A model generated the notes under the pieces. It was not told where the DNA came from. It searched no databases and saw only the letters and a list, made by a program, of their open reading frames with translations. Shown piece after piece: positions 19,779-30,063 of a stretch of 64,000 bases of DNA. Source of the stretch: Patescibacteria group bacterium (GTDB lineage Bacteria > Patescibacteriota > WWE3 > UBA101185 > UBA10185); contig BPJL01000001.1 of the NCBI GenBank assembly GCA_026004595.1, forward strand, positions 90,486 through 154,485, given 5' to 3'. The translations under genes were made by a program, and so were the position numbers. Every line of letters starts with the position of its first letter. Within the stretch, counting starts at the first letter, position 1.

Positions 19779-21284
19779 GTGAATATTACGGCTAGAGCAA
19801 AAAAATATTGGGCTGTTTTCATGGCAGGAAGAAGGGGCGGAATAGCCCCATTTTTCTTTCTTAATTTTCTGTTGGCTGTTTTGCAGGCGCTCTATATTTT
19901 ATCCAGATTTAAGTATATAAACCAGGAAGTTCCTTTTTGGTTTGGTAAACATTGGGGGGAGTACCAACTGGCACCGAAACAATATTTGTATTACATTCCA
20001 ATGCTTAGTGGAGGACTGACTTTTATCGCCTCACTCTTAAGGTATATAAATCGTCTATATTTGAGGTATTTTGATGAGCTCTTGTCCTACTTTGTTACTT
20101 CAATTAACGTTTTTTTATTCTATTCAATTTTTTTTATCATACAGTCTGCGTCCCTTCCATTCCCCCCGCTTGTTCCCGCGAAATTTCTGTTGCTGGCACC
20201 ACCTTTTATCCTATCTTTTTTAATTGTGTATTTTGCTCTGCCCTATGTTATAGATTTGGCACACAAGAAGCGTCTGGTTACTGACCCCAAGGTTCATACA
20301 CACCCTGCAATGATATTGTCGGGGCCGAGCGCAAGGGGAGGCGGTCTTGTTTACGCTTTAGTATTTTTGCTGGTCAGCGTAGTTTTTGTTGGGATAAACA
20401 GGCAGTTTTTCGGTATATATCTATCGGTTTTCATGTTAGCAATATTGGGGATAATGGATGACTATCAGAACACCCACCCATTGTCGGAGTTCAGAGTCCT
20501 GGAGAACCCATTCTTAAGGCTCACCCTTCTATTTTTGTGCGTTTTGCCTCTTTTAGTTTCTGGGTCTGTCGTAAGTACAATAAGCATCCCCTTTAATGGT
20601 TTTATGCAACTGGACACCATGAAGATTTCGCTAGGTTCCATTACGGTTCCGGTTATTTCCGCCGTTCTAACAGTAATATGGGTTGTGTGGTTAATGAATG
20701 CTCTTTCGTGGTCAAATGGGATTGATGGGCAATATGCAGGCGTGATAGGAATTTCCTCTATTTTTGTAGCAATTCTTGCGTTGAGGTTTTCGAACATTCA
20801 ACCTATTCATAAGAGTATAGCGGTGATGGCTGCAATAAGTGCTGGGGCGGCTTTCGGTTTTACAAAATACACCTGGCACCCCTCTAAAATAATGTGGGGT
20901 TTTGGAGCAATGTCGGCCGGCTTGGTAATCGCGGCTTTATCAATAATTGTTCAGACCAAGGTTTTAGTTTCAGTTCTTTTTATCCTAATCCCCTTTTTGG
21001 ATGCTCTAGTTACTTTCTTCAGGAGACTTTTGCAGGGAAAGAACCCGTTAACTGGGGATCGCGGTCACCTTCACCACTTGCTACTAGACAGGGGATGGAG
21101 TGTGCAGAAAATTGCCCGTTTTTATTGGTTCACGGCCTTTATTTTTGGATTGATAGGATTGCTGTCGCCTGAGAAACACCTCGTAAAATTGTCCCTTACA
21201 ATTATAGGAGCGGTTGGTTTTTTTATCGCCCTGTTGAACTTAAAATCACTAGGACAGAAAAAAATGACACTAAGATCTGAGTAA
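19779..21284 (+). CDS. WecA/TagO (MraY family) sugar-1-phosphate transferase with extra N-terminal membrane domain
   Basis: ARGGG, GIMDD, NALSWSNGIDG, GDRGHLHH. Confidence 0.88.
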   Translation: MNITARAKKYWAVFMAGRRGGIAPFFFLNFLLAVLQALYILSRFKYINQEVPFWFGKHWGEYQLAPKQYLYYIPMLSGGLTFIASLLRYINRLYLRYFDELLSYFVTSINVFLFYSIFFIIQSASLPFPPLVPAKFLLLAPPFILSFLIVYFALPYVIDLAHKKRLVTDPKVHTHPAMILSGPSARGGGLVYALVFLLVSVVFVGINRQFFGIYLSVFMLAILGIMDDYQNTHPLSEFRVLENPFLRLTLLFLCVLPLLVSGSVVSTISIPFNGFMQLDTMKISLGSITVPVISAVLTVIWVVWLMNALSWSNGIDGQYAGVIGISSIFVAILALRFSNIQPIHKSIAVMAAISAGAAFGFTKYTWHPSKIMWGFGAMSAGLVIAALSIIVQTKVLVSVLFILIPFLDALVTFFRRLLQGKNPLTGDRGHLHHLLLDRGWSVQKIARFYWFTAFIFGLIGLLSPEKHLVKLSLTIIGAVGFFIALLNLKSLGQKKMTLRSE

Positions 21285-21699
21285 TTATTCCCCAAGGCAG
21301 GGGTGATTGAAATTGAAGAGTCGCCTGGATCTGATTATTTATTTTTAATATTCCGTTGATATTCTTTAGATAAAGTGTGAGACCGCTCATTAGATCGGGC
21401 AAAACGCCTCCTATTCCACAAAGCAAAAATCTTAATGCCAGAGGAGGGTTGTTTAGAAGCCACAAAGCATACAACACAAATGCTGTTCCTGTGGCTACAG
21501 CTAGTGTAAGCTCTCCTGCAACCGCTAAGGGTCTCCATCCGGTGACACGTTCGCCTTCCTCAGTATATGAGAAAAAATCCCAATGCGGCACCATATCTCC
21601 AAGGTAGTGCATTCCTACTGAAATGGGAAATGCAACAAAGGGATCTTTTACTACTGAAGCTACCGCTATTCCTACAAGTGTATGGGGTGTGAGTAACAT
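21223..21699 (-). CDS. Membrane protein, metal-dependent hydrolase-like
   Basis: TPH...HYLGDMVPHWD...LPD. Confidence 0.6.
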   Translation of the reverse strand: MLLTPHTLVGIAVASVVKDPFVAFPISVGMHYLGDMVPHWDFFSYTEEGERVTGWRPLAVAGELTLAVATGTAFVLYALWLLNNPPLALRFLLCGIGGVLPDLMSGLTLYLKNINGILKINNQIQATLQFQSPLPWGIITQILVSFFSVLVILSSTGR

Positions 21700-21887
21700 A
21701 ACAAGATAGAATTGTAATTGAAAATTTAGCAACCTTCAACCTTGGCAGGTAATAAGTGAAAAGAATCTTGATAATTTATGTGATATTTGTGTATTTTTAA
21801 GTATAAGATGCGTACATAGTTACGCCATAAATAATAAGTAAGTATTTTTGGAGGTTAGGGGCGTTAGATTGGCGAGGTGTTGAAAAA

Positions 21888-22556
21888 ATGAGGTTTTTGC
21901 TAGTAGTTCCTCAGGATTTTCAGGGGGAGCCTGTTCCTGGGATGTTACATAAATATGGAGTGTGCGATATCTCTTCCGATCCTAAGGAGACAGTATTTCT
22001 GTGCGATTGTAACGAATATGACGCTTTAATTTTAAGTGCCTCTCTAGAGTTTGAGGATTGTGAAAGTTTATGTAGGGAAATTAGGGGCCAAAATGACAAT
22101 CTTCCTATAGTACGCCTCTCTACAAAACCGAATTACGAGGAGAAAATTAAGTTGTTGAATTCGGGTGTTGATATTTATATATCTTCAGCTGTTGGAGCCG
22201 AAGAATTCTATGCTGAGTTATCTGTATTCCTCCGTCGTAACAACAGATCCAAGATCCAGGACCCAATCACATTTAAAGGATTTTCATTCAGCATATTGAA
22301 CCGTACGTTGTTTTATGGCAAGGAACCTGTTTTTTTGCGGCGGAAGGAATACGAGCTTCTTGAATATCTCTTTATAAATATAGGAAAGGTTCTTTCAAAA
22401 GAAACTCTTTTGGAACATATTTGGGAGGATGGACTGGATGTAGAATCAAACACACTCGAGGTTCACATTAGAAATATAAGGAACAAACTAAAGCAGTATA
22501 CCAGCGAAGAAATCATCCGGACAATTAAAGGATTTGGCTATATTATTCCAGCTTGA
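21888..22556 (+). CDS. OmpR-family response regulator with degenerate receiver
   Basis: KEYELLEYL...SNTLEVHIRNIRNKL...TIKGFGY. Confidence 0.9.
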   Translation: MRFLLVVPQDFQGEPVPGMLHKYGVCDISSDPKETVFLCDCNEYDALILSASLEFEDCESLCREIRGQNDNLPIVRLSTKPNYEEKIKLLNSGVDIYISSAVGAEEFYAELSVFLRRNNRSKIQDPITFKGFSFSILNRTLFYGKEPVFLRRKEYELLEYLFINIGKVLSKETLLEHIWEDGLDVESNTLEVHIRNIRNKLKQYTSEEIIRTIKGFGYIIPA

Positions 22557-22589
22557 GAAATAGGTAAAAAAGCAATATCATTCATTATA

Positions 22590-23534
22590 ATGATTTATTT
22601 ATTTTATCAGCTCATCAGAACCGCCCGCCCTCGCCAATGGTTGAAAAACCTCAGCCTTTTCGCGGCTCCGGTTTTTGCTGGAAGGCTCTTTGAGAGAGAT
22701 ACCTTTTCCTTGACCCTTTACGCTTTTGTGTCTTTCTGCTTGTTATCTTCTGCAAGCTATTTCGTAAATGATATTATTGACGCCCCAAAGGATAAACTTC
22801 ACCCGATAAAAAAGAACCGCCCCATTGCTTCAGGAAGACTATCTCCGCTTTTGGCCCTTATTGTCGCTTTGCTGTTTGCCTCAACCTCACTTTTTATTGG
22901 GTTTAGAATTGTTGGCACCTATTTTGGATTTTCCCTAGTTTTTTATATGATTCTTCAGGCGTCATACTCTCTTTACTTCCGAAATGTGATCATCATGGAC
23001 TCTCTGGTAGTGGCTACTGGTTTTGTTCTTAGGGTTTTCGCGGGGGGTTTGGCGTCTTACACTTCCATTTCCAGTTGGCTTGCTTTGACGACCATAGGAA
23101 TTTCGCTTCTGTTGGCGTTTGGAAAGAGAAGATCGGAGAAGACAATTTTGGCAAAGTATCACTTACCCCAAGAAGAAATTGAAACCAGGAAAACTTTAAG
23201 ACACTACCCCGATAACCTTCTGGATAGCATGATATCCATGTCGGCAGCCTACACAATAATCACATATTCCCTTTTTGTTTTTCAGATTTCACCAAGTGGG
23301 GCCAACGACACTCTTTTGAGAATACTTCCGTCGATTCTTAAAAGTCCTAAGTGGATGATGTTAACCATACCTTTGGTGATTTATGGGGTGGCAAGATATC
23401 TGTATGTTATATACGAAAAAGGAGAGGCCGAATCTCCTGAAAGAGTGTTGCTATCCGATAAACCTTTGCTTTTCATTGTTATATTTTGGGGAATATTGAC
23501 GATGTTTTTTGTTTATTTAGTTCCCGATTTCTAA
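22590..23534 (+). CDS. UbiA-family decaprenyl-phosphate phosphoribosyltransferase-like protein
   Basis: RPRQWLKN, NDIID...HPIKKNRPIASG. Confidence 0.9.
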   Translation: MIYLFYQLIRTARPRQWLKNLSLFAAPVFAGRLFERDTFSLTLYAFVSFCLLSSASYFVNDIIDAPKDKLHPIKKNRPIASGRLSPLLALIVALLFASTSLFIGFRIVGTYFGFSLVFYMILQASYSLYFRNVIIMDSLVVATGFVLRVFAGGLASYTSISSWLALTTIGISLLLAFGKRRSEKTILAKYHLPQEEIETRKTLRHYPDNLLDSMISMSAAYTIITYSLFVFQISPSGANDTLLRILPSILKSPKWMMLTIPLVIYGVARYLYVIYEKGEAESPERVLLSDKPLLFIVIFWGILTMFFVYLVPDF

Positions 23535-23807
23535 ATCTCCGACTCCGGCTGACTCTGCGGCCTCTTTTGCCATCTCTATTTCTACTTGCTTTATTATCTC
23601 TTGTAGTTCGATGGGAAGAGTTTCATTGGCTGCGGAGTTTTCTCGAAATGTTTCAACAGCGCGGTCTTGTGCCGACAGAACTTCGGAAGTTCCACTAGCG
23701 GTCGGGTTAAATCCCGCCATGGTTATAGCAACTATGGGTACAATAAGAAGCAGGGCAAGAATAGAAAAAAGGCCTGTGTTGACGAAAAGTTTATTCATAA
23801 ATTTCAT
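23517..23807 (-). CDS. Hypothetical single-TM protein
   Basis: N-terminal TM; adjacent to and co-oriented with 23809-24369. Confidence 0.55.
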   Translation of the reverse strand: MKFMNKLFVNTGLFSILALLLIVPIVAITMAGFNPTASGTSEVLSAQDRAVETFRENSAANETLPIELQEIIKQVEIEMAKEAAESAGVGDLEIGN

Positions 23808-23808
23808 A

Positions 23809-24369
23809 CTATTCTGTATTTACCTCCAGAAAAGTTACGTTTTGGTCAAACCTATCCTCCTCATTTGAAGATTTTATTTCATTTTCAATGTCAGAGACGA
23901 ATAGAATTGTGGCAATTACGGCAACCGCAAGAGTAATGTAAAAAACAAATGGATAACTTAATGAATATACTGAAAGCGCACCTGTTACTATTGTCATCAA
24001 ATAAGCATAAGAAATCCATATCGCACCTTTTGTGTACAAGTCGAGAGAATTTTGGACAAGCCCCTGCATTCTCAACGAAAAAAGAGTAGCTGTGAGCTTC
24101 GGGGTTATGTGGGTGTCATGAAAAACGTGGGCTCTTATTAAGAAGAATGCCAGACTTATGGCTAAAACTACGGTCATAGCAAGTAGCGAATAGGAATTAA
24201 CTTGCAAATACTGGTCTTTTCCCTCAAAAATAAAACCTCTTTTGGTCAGCTCAAAGGGAACTTCGAAATACATAGCTAAAAGCACTATTGAAATGATTCT
24301 TGCGGACAAGAGAACTATTGCCGGGATTATGGCTTGATCTATCAGTTTAATTAACAGTTTAGAAAACAT
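23809..24369 (-). CDS. Hypothetical multi-TM membrane protein
   Basis: About four hydrophobic segments, HDTHITP motif. Confidence 0.7.
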   Translation of the reverse strand: MFSKLLIKLIDQAIIPAIVLLSARIISIVLLAMYFEVPFELTKRGFIFEGKDQYLQVNSYSLLAMTVVLAISLAFFLIRAHVFHDTHITPKLTATLFSLRMQGLVQNSLDLYTKGAIWISYAYLMTIVTGALSVYSLSYPFVFYITLAVAVIATILFVSDIENEIKSSNEEDRFDQNVTFLEVNTE

Positions 24370-24423
24370 ATATGATCAGCCTTCCGGGAAAGATTTGGGC
24401 AGGCTTGATATGATAATACTACC

Positions 24424-25722
24424 ATGAATTTTGTTGCGTCAACAAAACATTTGCTTTCTAAACCTTTTCTCTTGATATATTCGTTCGTGGTTTTTGCCAT
24501 TCCATTAATATTTTCACAGAACACAGGGGAGTTTTATGAGTTTCCCAAGATTACTTTCTTTTACACTTTGGGTGCGTTTATTTTTGCTTTGTATATTTCA
24601 GACACAATAATCTGGCCTAGAAAAAATATCCGCCTACCCCTAGTGGTAGTTTTGTTTGCAGTTTCTTTTGCTGTTTCAACACTAGTTTCATCTCACCCTT
24701 ACACATCGGTATTTGGCTATTATTCAAGGTTTGCAGACTCACTATTATTTTATTTGGCTGTTCTATGTTTTTACTACATTGCTATGAACGTTTTGTCCAA
24801 GAAAGATATAGGATTGCTGTTTAATGTTGCACACTTTGGTTCGGTGATTCTTTTTCTCTTTGCCTTGGGGCAGTATTTTTCTTTATTCACATTTTTATGG
24901 GGAGGCCAGTTGCAGGAAAGAGTGTTTTCAACCTTAGGACAGCCTAATTGGTACGCCCAGTATCTTACTATGCTATTGGGAATTTCAATGTTTGAGTTTC
25001 TTTTCAAGGGAAGAAAAGTATATCTCCTCTTCTGTTTTGTGCAGTTCTTTTCCTTGTGGCTAACATTCTCTATGTCGGGGTTGGCAGGATTTATTTTAAC
25101 TATCTTTTCTTACTTTTATTTGTTCCTTTTCGGAAAGGAGAAAATCGAGGGCAGAAAAAATTTTTTATTTAGAGTGGCGGCAGTTTTAGCACTAGTTTTC
25201 GTTGTATCGCTTTTGTTTCCCGGAATTTTTAGGGCAAAACTTAGAGACATGATTACTGATTTCAGAAAAGTTGTCGGGGGAAATTTTTTGGTGTATGCCC
25301 AAAATGTAACTGAAACAAATCAAATATCAGATCCCGGTTATATAAGATCAGGTTTATGGAGAGGAACAGTGGATATGATAATTTCGAATCCCAAAATATT
25401 TATCCTCGGGTCTGGTCCGGAAACCTTTCCGTACTATTTTCAAAAGTTCAGACCGTTAAGTTTGAATTATTCGTCTGAGTGGAATTTCGTTTTTAACAAG
25501 CCTCACAATTATTATCTAGAGATTTGGGCGGAGCAGGGGATCTTGGGTATTATCTCTTATCTGCTTTTTCTTATTTTCGTGTTAAAAAAAGTTGACGCCA
25601 AGTATCGGGGTGCCGTAATTGCTTTTGCAGTTACCAATTTTTTTGGGTGGCCGACGGTAACCACATTCGTTATTTTTTGGTTGATTGTTTCGACGATAGG
25701 AGCGAAAAATGAAACTTTTTAA
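24424..25722 (+). CDS. O-antigen ligase / O-oligosaccharyltransferase family
   Basis: STLGQPN, GSGPETF, KPHNYYL. Confidence 0.88.
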   Translation: MNFVASTKHLLSKPFLLIYSFVVFAIPLIFSQNTGEFYEFPKITFFYTLGAFIFALYISDTIIWPRKNIRLPLVVVLFAVSFAVSTLVSSHPYTSVFGYYSRFADSLLFYLAVLCFYYIAMNVLSKKDIGLLFNVAHFGSVILFLFALGQYFSLFTFLWGGQLQERVFSTLGQPNWYAQYLTMLLGISMFEFLFKGRKVYLLFCFVQFFSLWLTFSMSGLAGFILTIFSYFYLFLFGKEKIEGRKNFLFRVAAVLALVFVVSLLFPGIFRAKLRDMITDFRKVVGGNFLVYAQNVTETNQISDPGYIRSGLWRGTVDMIISNPKIFILGSGPETFPYYFQKFRPLSLNYSSEWNFVFNKPHNYYLEIWAEQGILGIISYLLFLIFVLKKVDAKYRGAVIAFAVTNFFGWPTVTTFVIFWLIVSTIGAKNETF

Positions 25723-26308
25723 AATTATATTGCTGACAGGAGTGTGGGCATTTACTTTAATTGTAATTATGTATGTTGACAGAATTTACACAGCCGATAA
25801 GTCTGCTGTTCAGGCCGTCGATTTACTTGAAAGTATGGAATACGAAAAGGCCTTGGTAAAAGCTGATGAGGCCTTGGAACTTAATCCACAAGAACCATCT
25901 TATTACAGAACCCGGGCTTTGATCTACCTCGCCAAGTATGTATTGGAAGATGATACACAGGATTCGCTCGGGTATAAGGAAAAAGCTTATGAGGATGTAG
26001 TCAAGTCTATGGAGCTAAATCCTGACAACCTTGTGACTAAGAGAAACCTTGCCCCCCTTTTTTACTTTCTTGCAATTCAAAATGTTAATTCTATGGCGGG
26101 GAAGGACAACCACGACCCCAAATTTATTGATGTAGCAACTGCCTATTTTGAAGATTTGAAGAATGAGTATTCTCACGATGCTGGGGTAGTTACACTTGTT
26201 GCTGGATACGAAAGGAAGCTCGGTTTGCAGGAGAGGTACGAAGAGAGCAGAGGGATGATTAGGAGTTTGAGGCCAGATTTATTGGAGTGGCACCAATCAT
26301 TCAACTAG
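25709..26308 (+). CDS. Membrane-anchored TPR protein
   Basis: ALELNP and SMELNP TPR turns. Confidence 0.75.
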   Translation: MKLFKIILLTGVWAFTLIVIMYVDRIYTADKSAVQAVDLLESMEYEKALVKADEALELNPQEPSYYRTRALIYLAKYVLEDDTQDSLGYKEKAYEDVVKSMELNPDNLVTKRNLAPLFYFLAIQNVNSMAGKDNHDPKFIDVATAYFEDLKNEYSHDAGVVTLVAGYERKLGLQERYEESRGMIRSLRPDLLEWHQSFN

Positions 26309-27490
26309 CTCAATATACTCAGCTGAAACCCACCCCTCGGCTGATTCCGAAACTTTAATTTTTACCCAGTTCGTTTGTTGTTCAAGAACCGGGTAGGTTC
26401 CGCCCTGATCCACACGTGTGATTTCAGTTCCGTTTAGACTCGGCTCGTTTCTCACTCGCAGCCAGCCGGTAGGCGTGGCCTTTATCTTGGCTTGTTTTCC
26501 GATTACCGCCTCGCCCAAAAGTGTTTCCAAGGTTGTTCTCGCTTCTTTAGTAAGGCCTACGCCGTCGGCCGTCCTGCCAAGGTATCCAATTTTGCTGTTG
26601 GGTTTGACTAATGCCAGCTCTTCCTTAGAGGTGATCGGTTTTCCCTCTGCATTGAAAAGATCGCCTTTGTACGAAAGGAAAAGATCGAAGAAAGGCTCTT
26701 TGTTTTCGCCCGTGCCCTCTATGTTAAGACCCTTGTTCTTGTTGACGTAAACTACCGCTTTTGCCCATTCTTCAGGATTTGCCGTTACGACATTGTTGCC
26801 GGAGGAAAGATCGTATATGTTTTTGGAACCCTCAAACGTTGATATTTTTTGAGGAACGGGCGATGGAAAAAGTTTGAAAGTGGCATTTAAGGTATATCCC
26901 TTTTGTATTGAAATTCGGGTTGAGAGTATTTCAAATCCTGGTATGGATACTTTTAGTTCGTAGTCACCATCGCTTATATTGTTTGCAAGGTATGGAGTCA
27001 CTGCTTCAACATCCGAATTGTCTATGAATACTTTTGCTCCAGAAGGCTCGCTGATTACTCTTAATACATTTCCAGAGGTATCTTTTTCAAACCAAAGTTC
27101 CCAACCAGAACTAAAGGTGTCCGATACACCAAGGTCGCGGGATATTGCTACATAGTGGATTTTTCCTCCCTCGTTTGGCAAAAAATTTATGGAGGTTTGG
27201 TATTGCCTGGATGCGTTTCTAATGGAGATTTTGTTGTTGCCCGGGGTAATATTATCTGCTGTGTAGGGGGTTTTTCCGACAAATTTGTCGTTTATATAGA
27301 CGTCTGCTTGTTCTCCGATGCTGGTTATGTTTATGCCTGACTTTGCCTTAAGCTTATCGATGTTTCTTACGATATACCCGCCAAAAAATACTATAAGACC
27401 TACGCCTACAATACCTAAAAAGTAGAGAAGAGCATTAGGCAGTGATTTTTCCTTGCTGGCAATGGTAGATATCGGCATGGAATGATACAT
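26297..27490 (-). CDS. PEGA-domain protein with C-terminal bacterial SH3 domain
   Basis: VYIND..VGKTP, SEPSGAKVFID, WLRVRNEPS...GWVSAEY. Confidence 0.85.
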   Translation of the reverse strand: MYHSMPISTIASKEKSLPNALLYFLGIVGVGLIVFFGGYIVRNIDKLKAKSGINITSIGEQADVYINDKFVGKTPYTADNITPGNNKISIRNASRQYQTSINFLPNEGGKIHYVAISRDLGVSDTFSSGWELWFEKDTSGNVLRVISEPSGAKVFIDNSDVEAVTPYLANNISDGDYELKVSIPGFEILSTRISIQKGYTLNATFKLFPSPVPQKISTFEGSKNIYDLSSGNNVVTANPEEWAKAVVYVNKNKGLNIEGTGENKEPFFDLFLSYKGDLFNAEGKPITSKEELALVKPNSKIGYLGRTADGVGLTKEARTTLETLLGEAVIGKQAKIKATPTGWLRVRNEPSLNGTEITRVDQGGTYPVLEQQTNWVKIKVSESAEGWVSAEYIELVE

Positions 27491-27522
27491 AAATTATCAC
27501 GGCAATGGTAAAATAGCAACAT

Positions 27523-27578
<56 letters not shown>

Positions 27579-27597
<19 letters not shown>

Positions 27598-27765
27598 CGA
27601 AAAATTCGACGGACTTTCGTCCGGCGAAGTTTTTGTAGGCTTGGTAGGAAGAAGAATCTTGCAAAGCGGTTCGACTTTTGATGCTATAGTGAGCGGAGCG
27701 AGCTATAGCTCAAATGGAACGTTCTCGAGCGGAGCGAGAGGTTGTTATTCCCGCCCAGGCCTCCA
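27579..27765 (+). repeat. 19-bp direct repeat of the tRNA-Cys 3' end flanking a 149-bp structured insert
   Basis: ATTCCCGCCCAGGCCTCCA at 27579-27597 and 27747-27765. Confidence 0.9.
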
Positions 27766-27805
27766 AAATTTCGGTGTGCGAAAGCGCTCGGGCATAATTT
27801 TTTAA

Positions 27806-29644
27806 ATGACATCGCAAGAGATACTAGAAAAATATATAAACTTTTTTATAGAAAGAGGACACAAGCAAATACCGAATGTGTCTCTGGTTCCCGAAGGAGA
27901 CTCGACACTACTTTTTGTAAATTCCGGAATGTTTCCTCTGGTTCCGTATTTGTCCGGAGAACCCCACCCACTTGGAAAAAGGCTTGTAAATGTGCAAAGG
28001 TCGTTGAGATTTGAAGATCTAGAAGAAGTTGGGGAAACAATCAGGCACACTGTTGCTTTTCATATGTTGGGCAATTGGTCTTTAGGTGATTATTTTAAGG
28101 AAGAGCAGCTGCCATGGATTTTTGAATTTTTTATTGATGTTTTGAAGCTGGATCCGAATAAATTATTCTCTACCGTTTTCGCTGGAGACGAGTACGCGCC
28201 GAGAGATCAGGAGTCCATTGACATACTAAAGATGGTTTATAAGAAATATGGTATTGATGCTCAAGAGGGAGAGCGTATTTTTCCCTGCGGTAAAAAAGAC
28301 AACTGGTGGCAAAGAGGCGATGCTGTGGGTGAATTGGGAGGCCCGGACAGCGAGGTGTACTACTATCTCGGCGAGGGTGACGGGATAGGCAGGTCCCCCG
28401 CAGAAAATCCCGATGAGTTTTTGGAAATCGGCAATTCTGTTTTTATGCAGTATAAAAAAACAGAAGACGGCTGGGTTCCCCTTTCGCAAAAAAATGTGGA
28501 TTTTGGAGGCGGTTTGGAAAGAATTGCTATGGTTGCGCAAAGGAGAAAAGACATATTTGAAACAGACAATTTTCTGCCGATTGTTAAAAAGGTGGAAGAG
28601 CTGTCAAAAAGAGGTTACGATTCAGATTTTAGAACAAGAAAGGCAATGCGTGTGCTCTCGGACCATATGAGGGCATCGTGTCTATTGATTATGGACAGTG
28701 TTGCTCCCGGAAACAAGGATCAAGGTTACGTTCTAAGAAGGCTTATTCGCAGAATGGTGCGGGTGGGAAAGACTTTGGGGATAGAAAAGAACCTATCAGT
28801 TTCTCTAGTCGATGCGGTAGTTGAAGCTTTAGGGTGGTTGTATCCGAGATTGCAGGAAGACAGCGGGAGGATAAAATCGGTTTTTGATGAAGAAGAGGAC
28901 AAATTTAGGAAAACTTTGAATAGAGGTTCTGCGTATGTGGAAAAGGTATTATCAAGGCTTAGCGAAGCTGATATGAAAAAAAAGAGCCCCGCCGACTGGG
29001 CTAAAATATCGTTTGATCTATTCCAGTCGGTTGGGTACCCGCAGGAAACATTTTTGATAGATTTGGAAGATAGGAAAATTCCTCTAGATGTGAAAGAATT
29101 TCAGAATGAGTTTCAGAGAATATTTGATTCCCATCAGGAAAAATCTAGATCCGGGGCAGAGGTAAAGTTTAAAGGTGGTTTGGCAGACCACAGCGATATT
29201 GTGGTTAGATACCATACAGCTACCCACCTTCTTCAAGCTGCATTAAGAGAAGTTTTAGGAGAGCATGTAGGGCAATTGGGCAGCAATATAACGTCCGAGA
29301 GATTGCGCTTTGACTTTTCTCATCATGGTAGAAAAATGACAGATGAGGAAGTGGTCAAGGTTCAGGAGATTGTTAATTCGAGGATAAGGTCGTCCCTGCC
29401 TGTAAACTTTGTTGTTATGTCCAAGAACGAGGCGCAGAATGCTGGAGCGCTTTATATGAAGCATGAGAGCTATCCTAGTGAGGTAAAGGTGTATTACATA
29501 GGAAAGGATTTACCTAGCGCTGTTAGTAAAGAGATGTGCGGCGGCCCCCACGTTTCTAACACCAACGAACTCGGTAAGTTTGAAATATACAAGCAAGAAA
29601 GCATAGGAGAAGGAAAGCTTAGGCTCTACGCACGTTTAATATGA
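27806..29644 (+). CDS. alaS: Alanine-tRNA ligase lacking the C-Ala domain
   Basis: LLFVNSGM, HTATH and EMCGGPH editing motifs; 612 aa. Confidence 0.96.
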   Translation: MTSQEILEKYINFFIERGHKQIPNVSLVPEGDSTLLFVNSGMFPLVPYLSGEPHPLGKRLVNVQRSLRFEDLEEVGETIRHTVAFHMLGNWSLGDYFKEEQLPWIFEFFIDVLKLDPNKLFSTVFAGDEYAPRDQESIDILKMVYKKYGIDAQEGERIFPCGKKDNWWQRGDAVGELGGPDSEVYYYLGEGDGIGRSPAENPDEFLEIGNSVFMQYKKTEDGWVPLSQKNVDFGGGLERIAMVAQRRKDIFETDNFLPIVKKVEELSKRGYDSDFRTRKAMRVLSDHMRASCLLIMDSVAPGNKDQGYVLRRLIRRMVRVGKTLGIEKNLSVSLVDAVVEALGWLYPRLQEDSGRIKSVFDEEEDKFRKTLNRGSAYVEKVLSRLSEADMKKKSPADWAKISFDLFQSVGYPQETFLIDLEDRKIPLDVKEFQNEFQRIFDSHQEKSRSGAEVKFKGGLADHSDIVVRYHTATHLLQAALREVLGEHVGQLGSNITSERLRFDFSHHGRKMTDEEVVKVQEIVNSRIRSSLPVNFVVMSKNEAQNAGALYMKHESYPSEVKVYYIGKDLPSAVSKEMCGGPHVSNTNELGKFEIYKQESIGEGKLRLYARLI

Positions 29645-29648
29645 GCTG

Positions 29649-29678
29649 TTGACACTCTCCGATTCTGAGTGCTATAAA
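29649..29678 (+). promoter_or_regulatory. CIRCE (HrcA operator) superimposed on the groESL promoter
   Basis: TTGACACTC-N9-GAGTGCTAT versus consensus TTAGCACTC-N9-GAGTGCTAA; TTGACA-18 nt-TATAAA. Confidence 0.85.
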
Positions 29679-29730
29679 TTTGTACGAATGTAAAACAAAT
29701 GTAGTTATTTATTTTTGCAAGGGAGGTTTT

Positions 29731-30048
29731 ATGGCAACAAACACAACAAAAAGCAACACAAAGCTAAAACCACTATCGGATTATTTACTAATTGAGCCCG
29801 TTGAGAAGGATACAACCCTTCCTTCGGGAATCGTGATTCCCGACACAGCAAAGGAAAAACCTCTTGAAGGAAAAGTAATTGCTGTAGGTCCGGGAAAAAG
29901 AGATGATTCGGGGAACAGGGTTCCTATGGAAATAAAAGTCGGGGATACCGTAATGTATAAAAAATGGGGCGGAACGGAAATAAAGTTAGATGGCAAGGAC
30001 ATGCTTCTTGTAAGGGAAGAAGATATCCTGGCCATAATTGAAGATTAA
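29731..30048 (+). CDS. groES: Co-chaperonin GroES
   Basis: KPLSD...SGIVIPDTAKEKP; GGAGG Shine-Dalgarno. Confidence 0.98.
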   Translation: MATNTTKSNTKLKPLSDYLLIEPVEKDTTLPSGIVIPDTAKEKPLEGKVIAVGPGKRDDSGNRVPMEIKVGDTVMYKKWGGTEIKLDGKDMLLVREEDILAIIED

Positions 30049-30063
30049 AGGAGGAAAAAGTAT

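Noticed and set aside
27598-27746. Insert as a group I intron in tRNA-Cys
   Set aside because: The tRNA is complete with CCA before the insert, and no group I core is recognisable.
27806-29644. Short AlaRS as a pseudogene
   Set aside because: Catalytic and editing motifs are intact; loss of C-Ala is known in reduced genomes.
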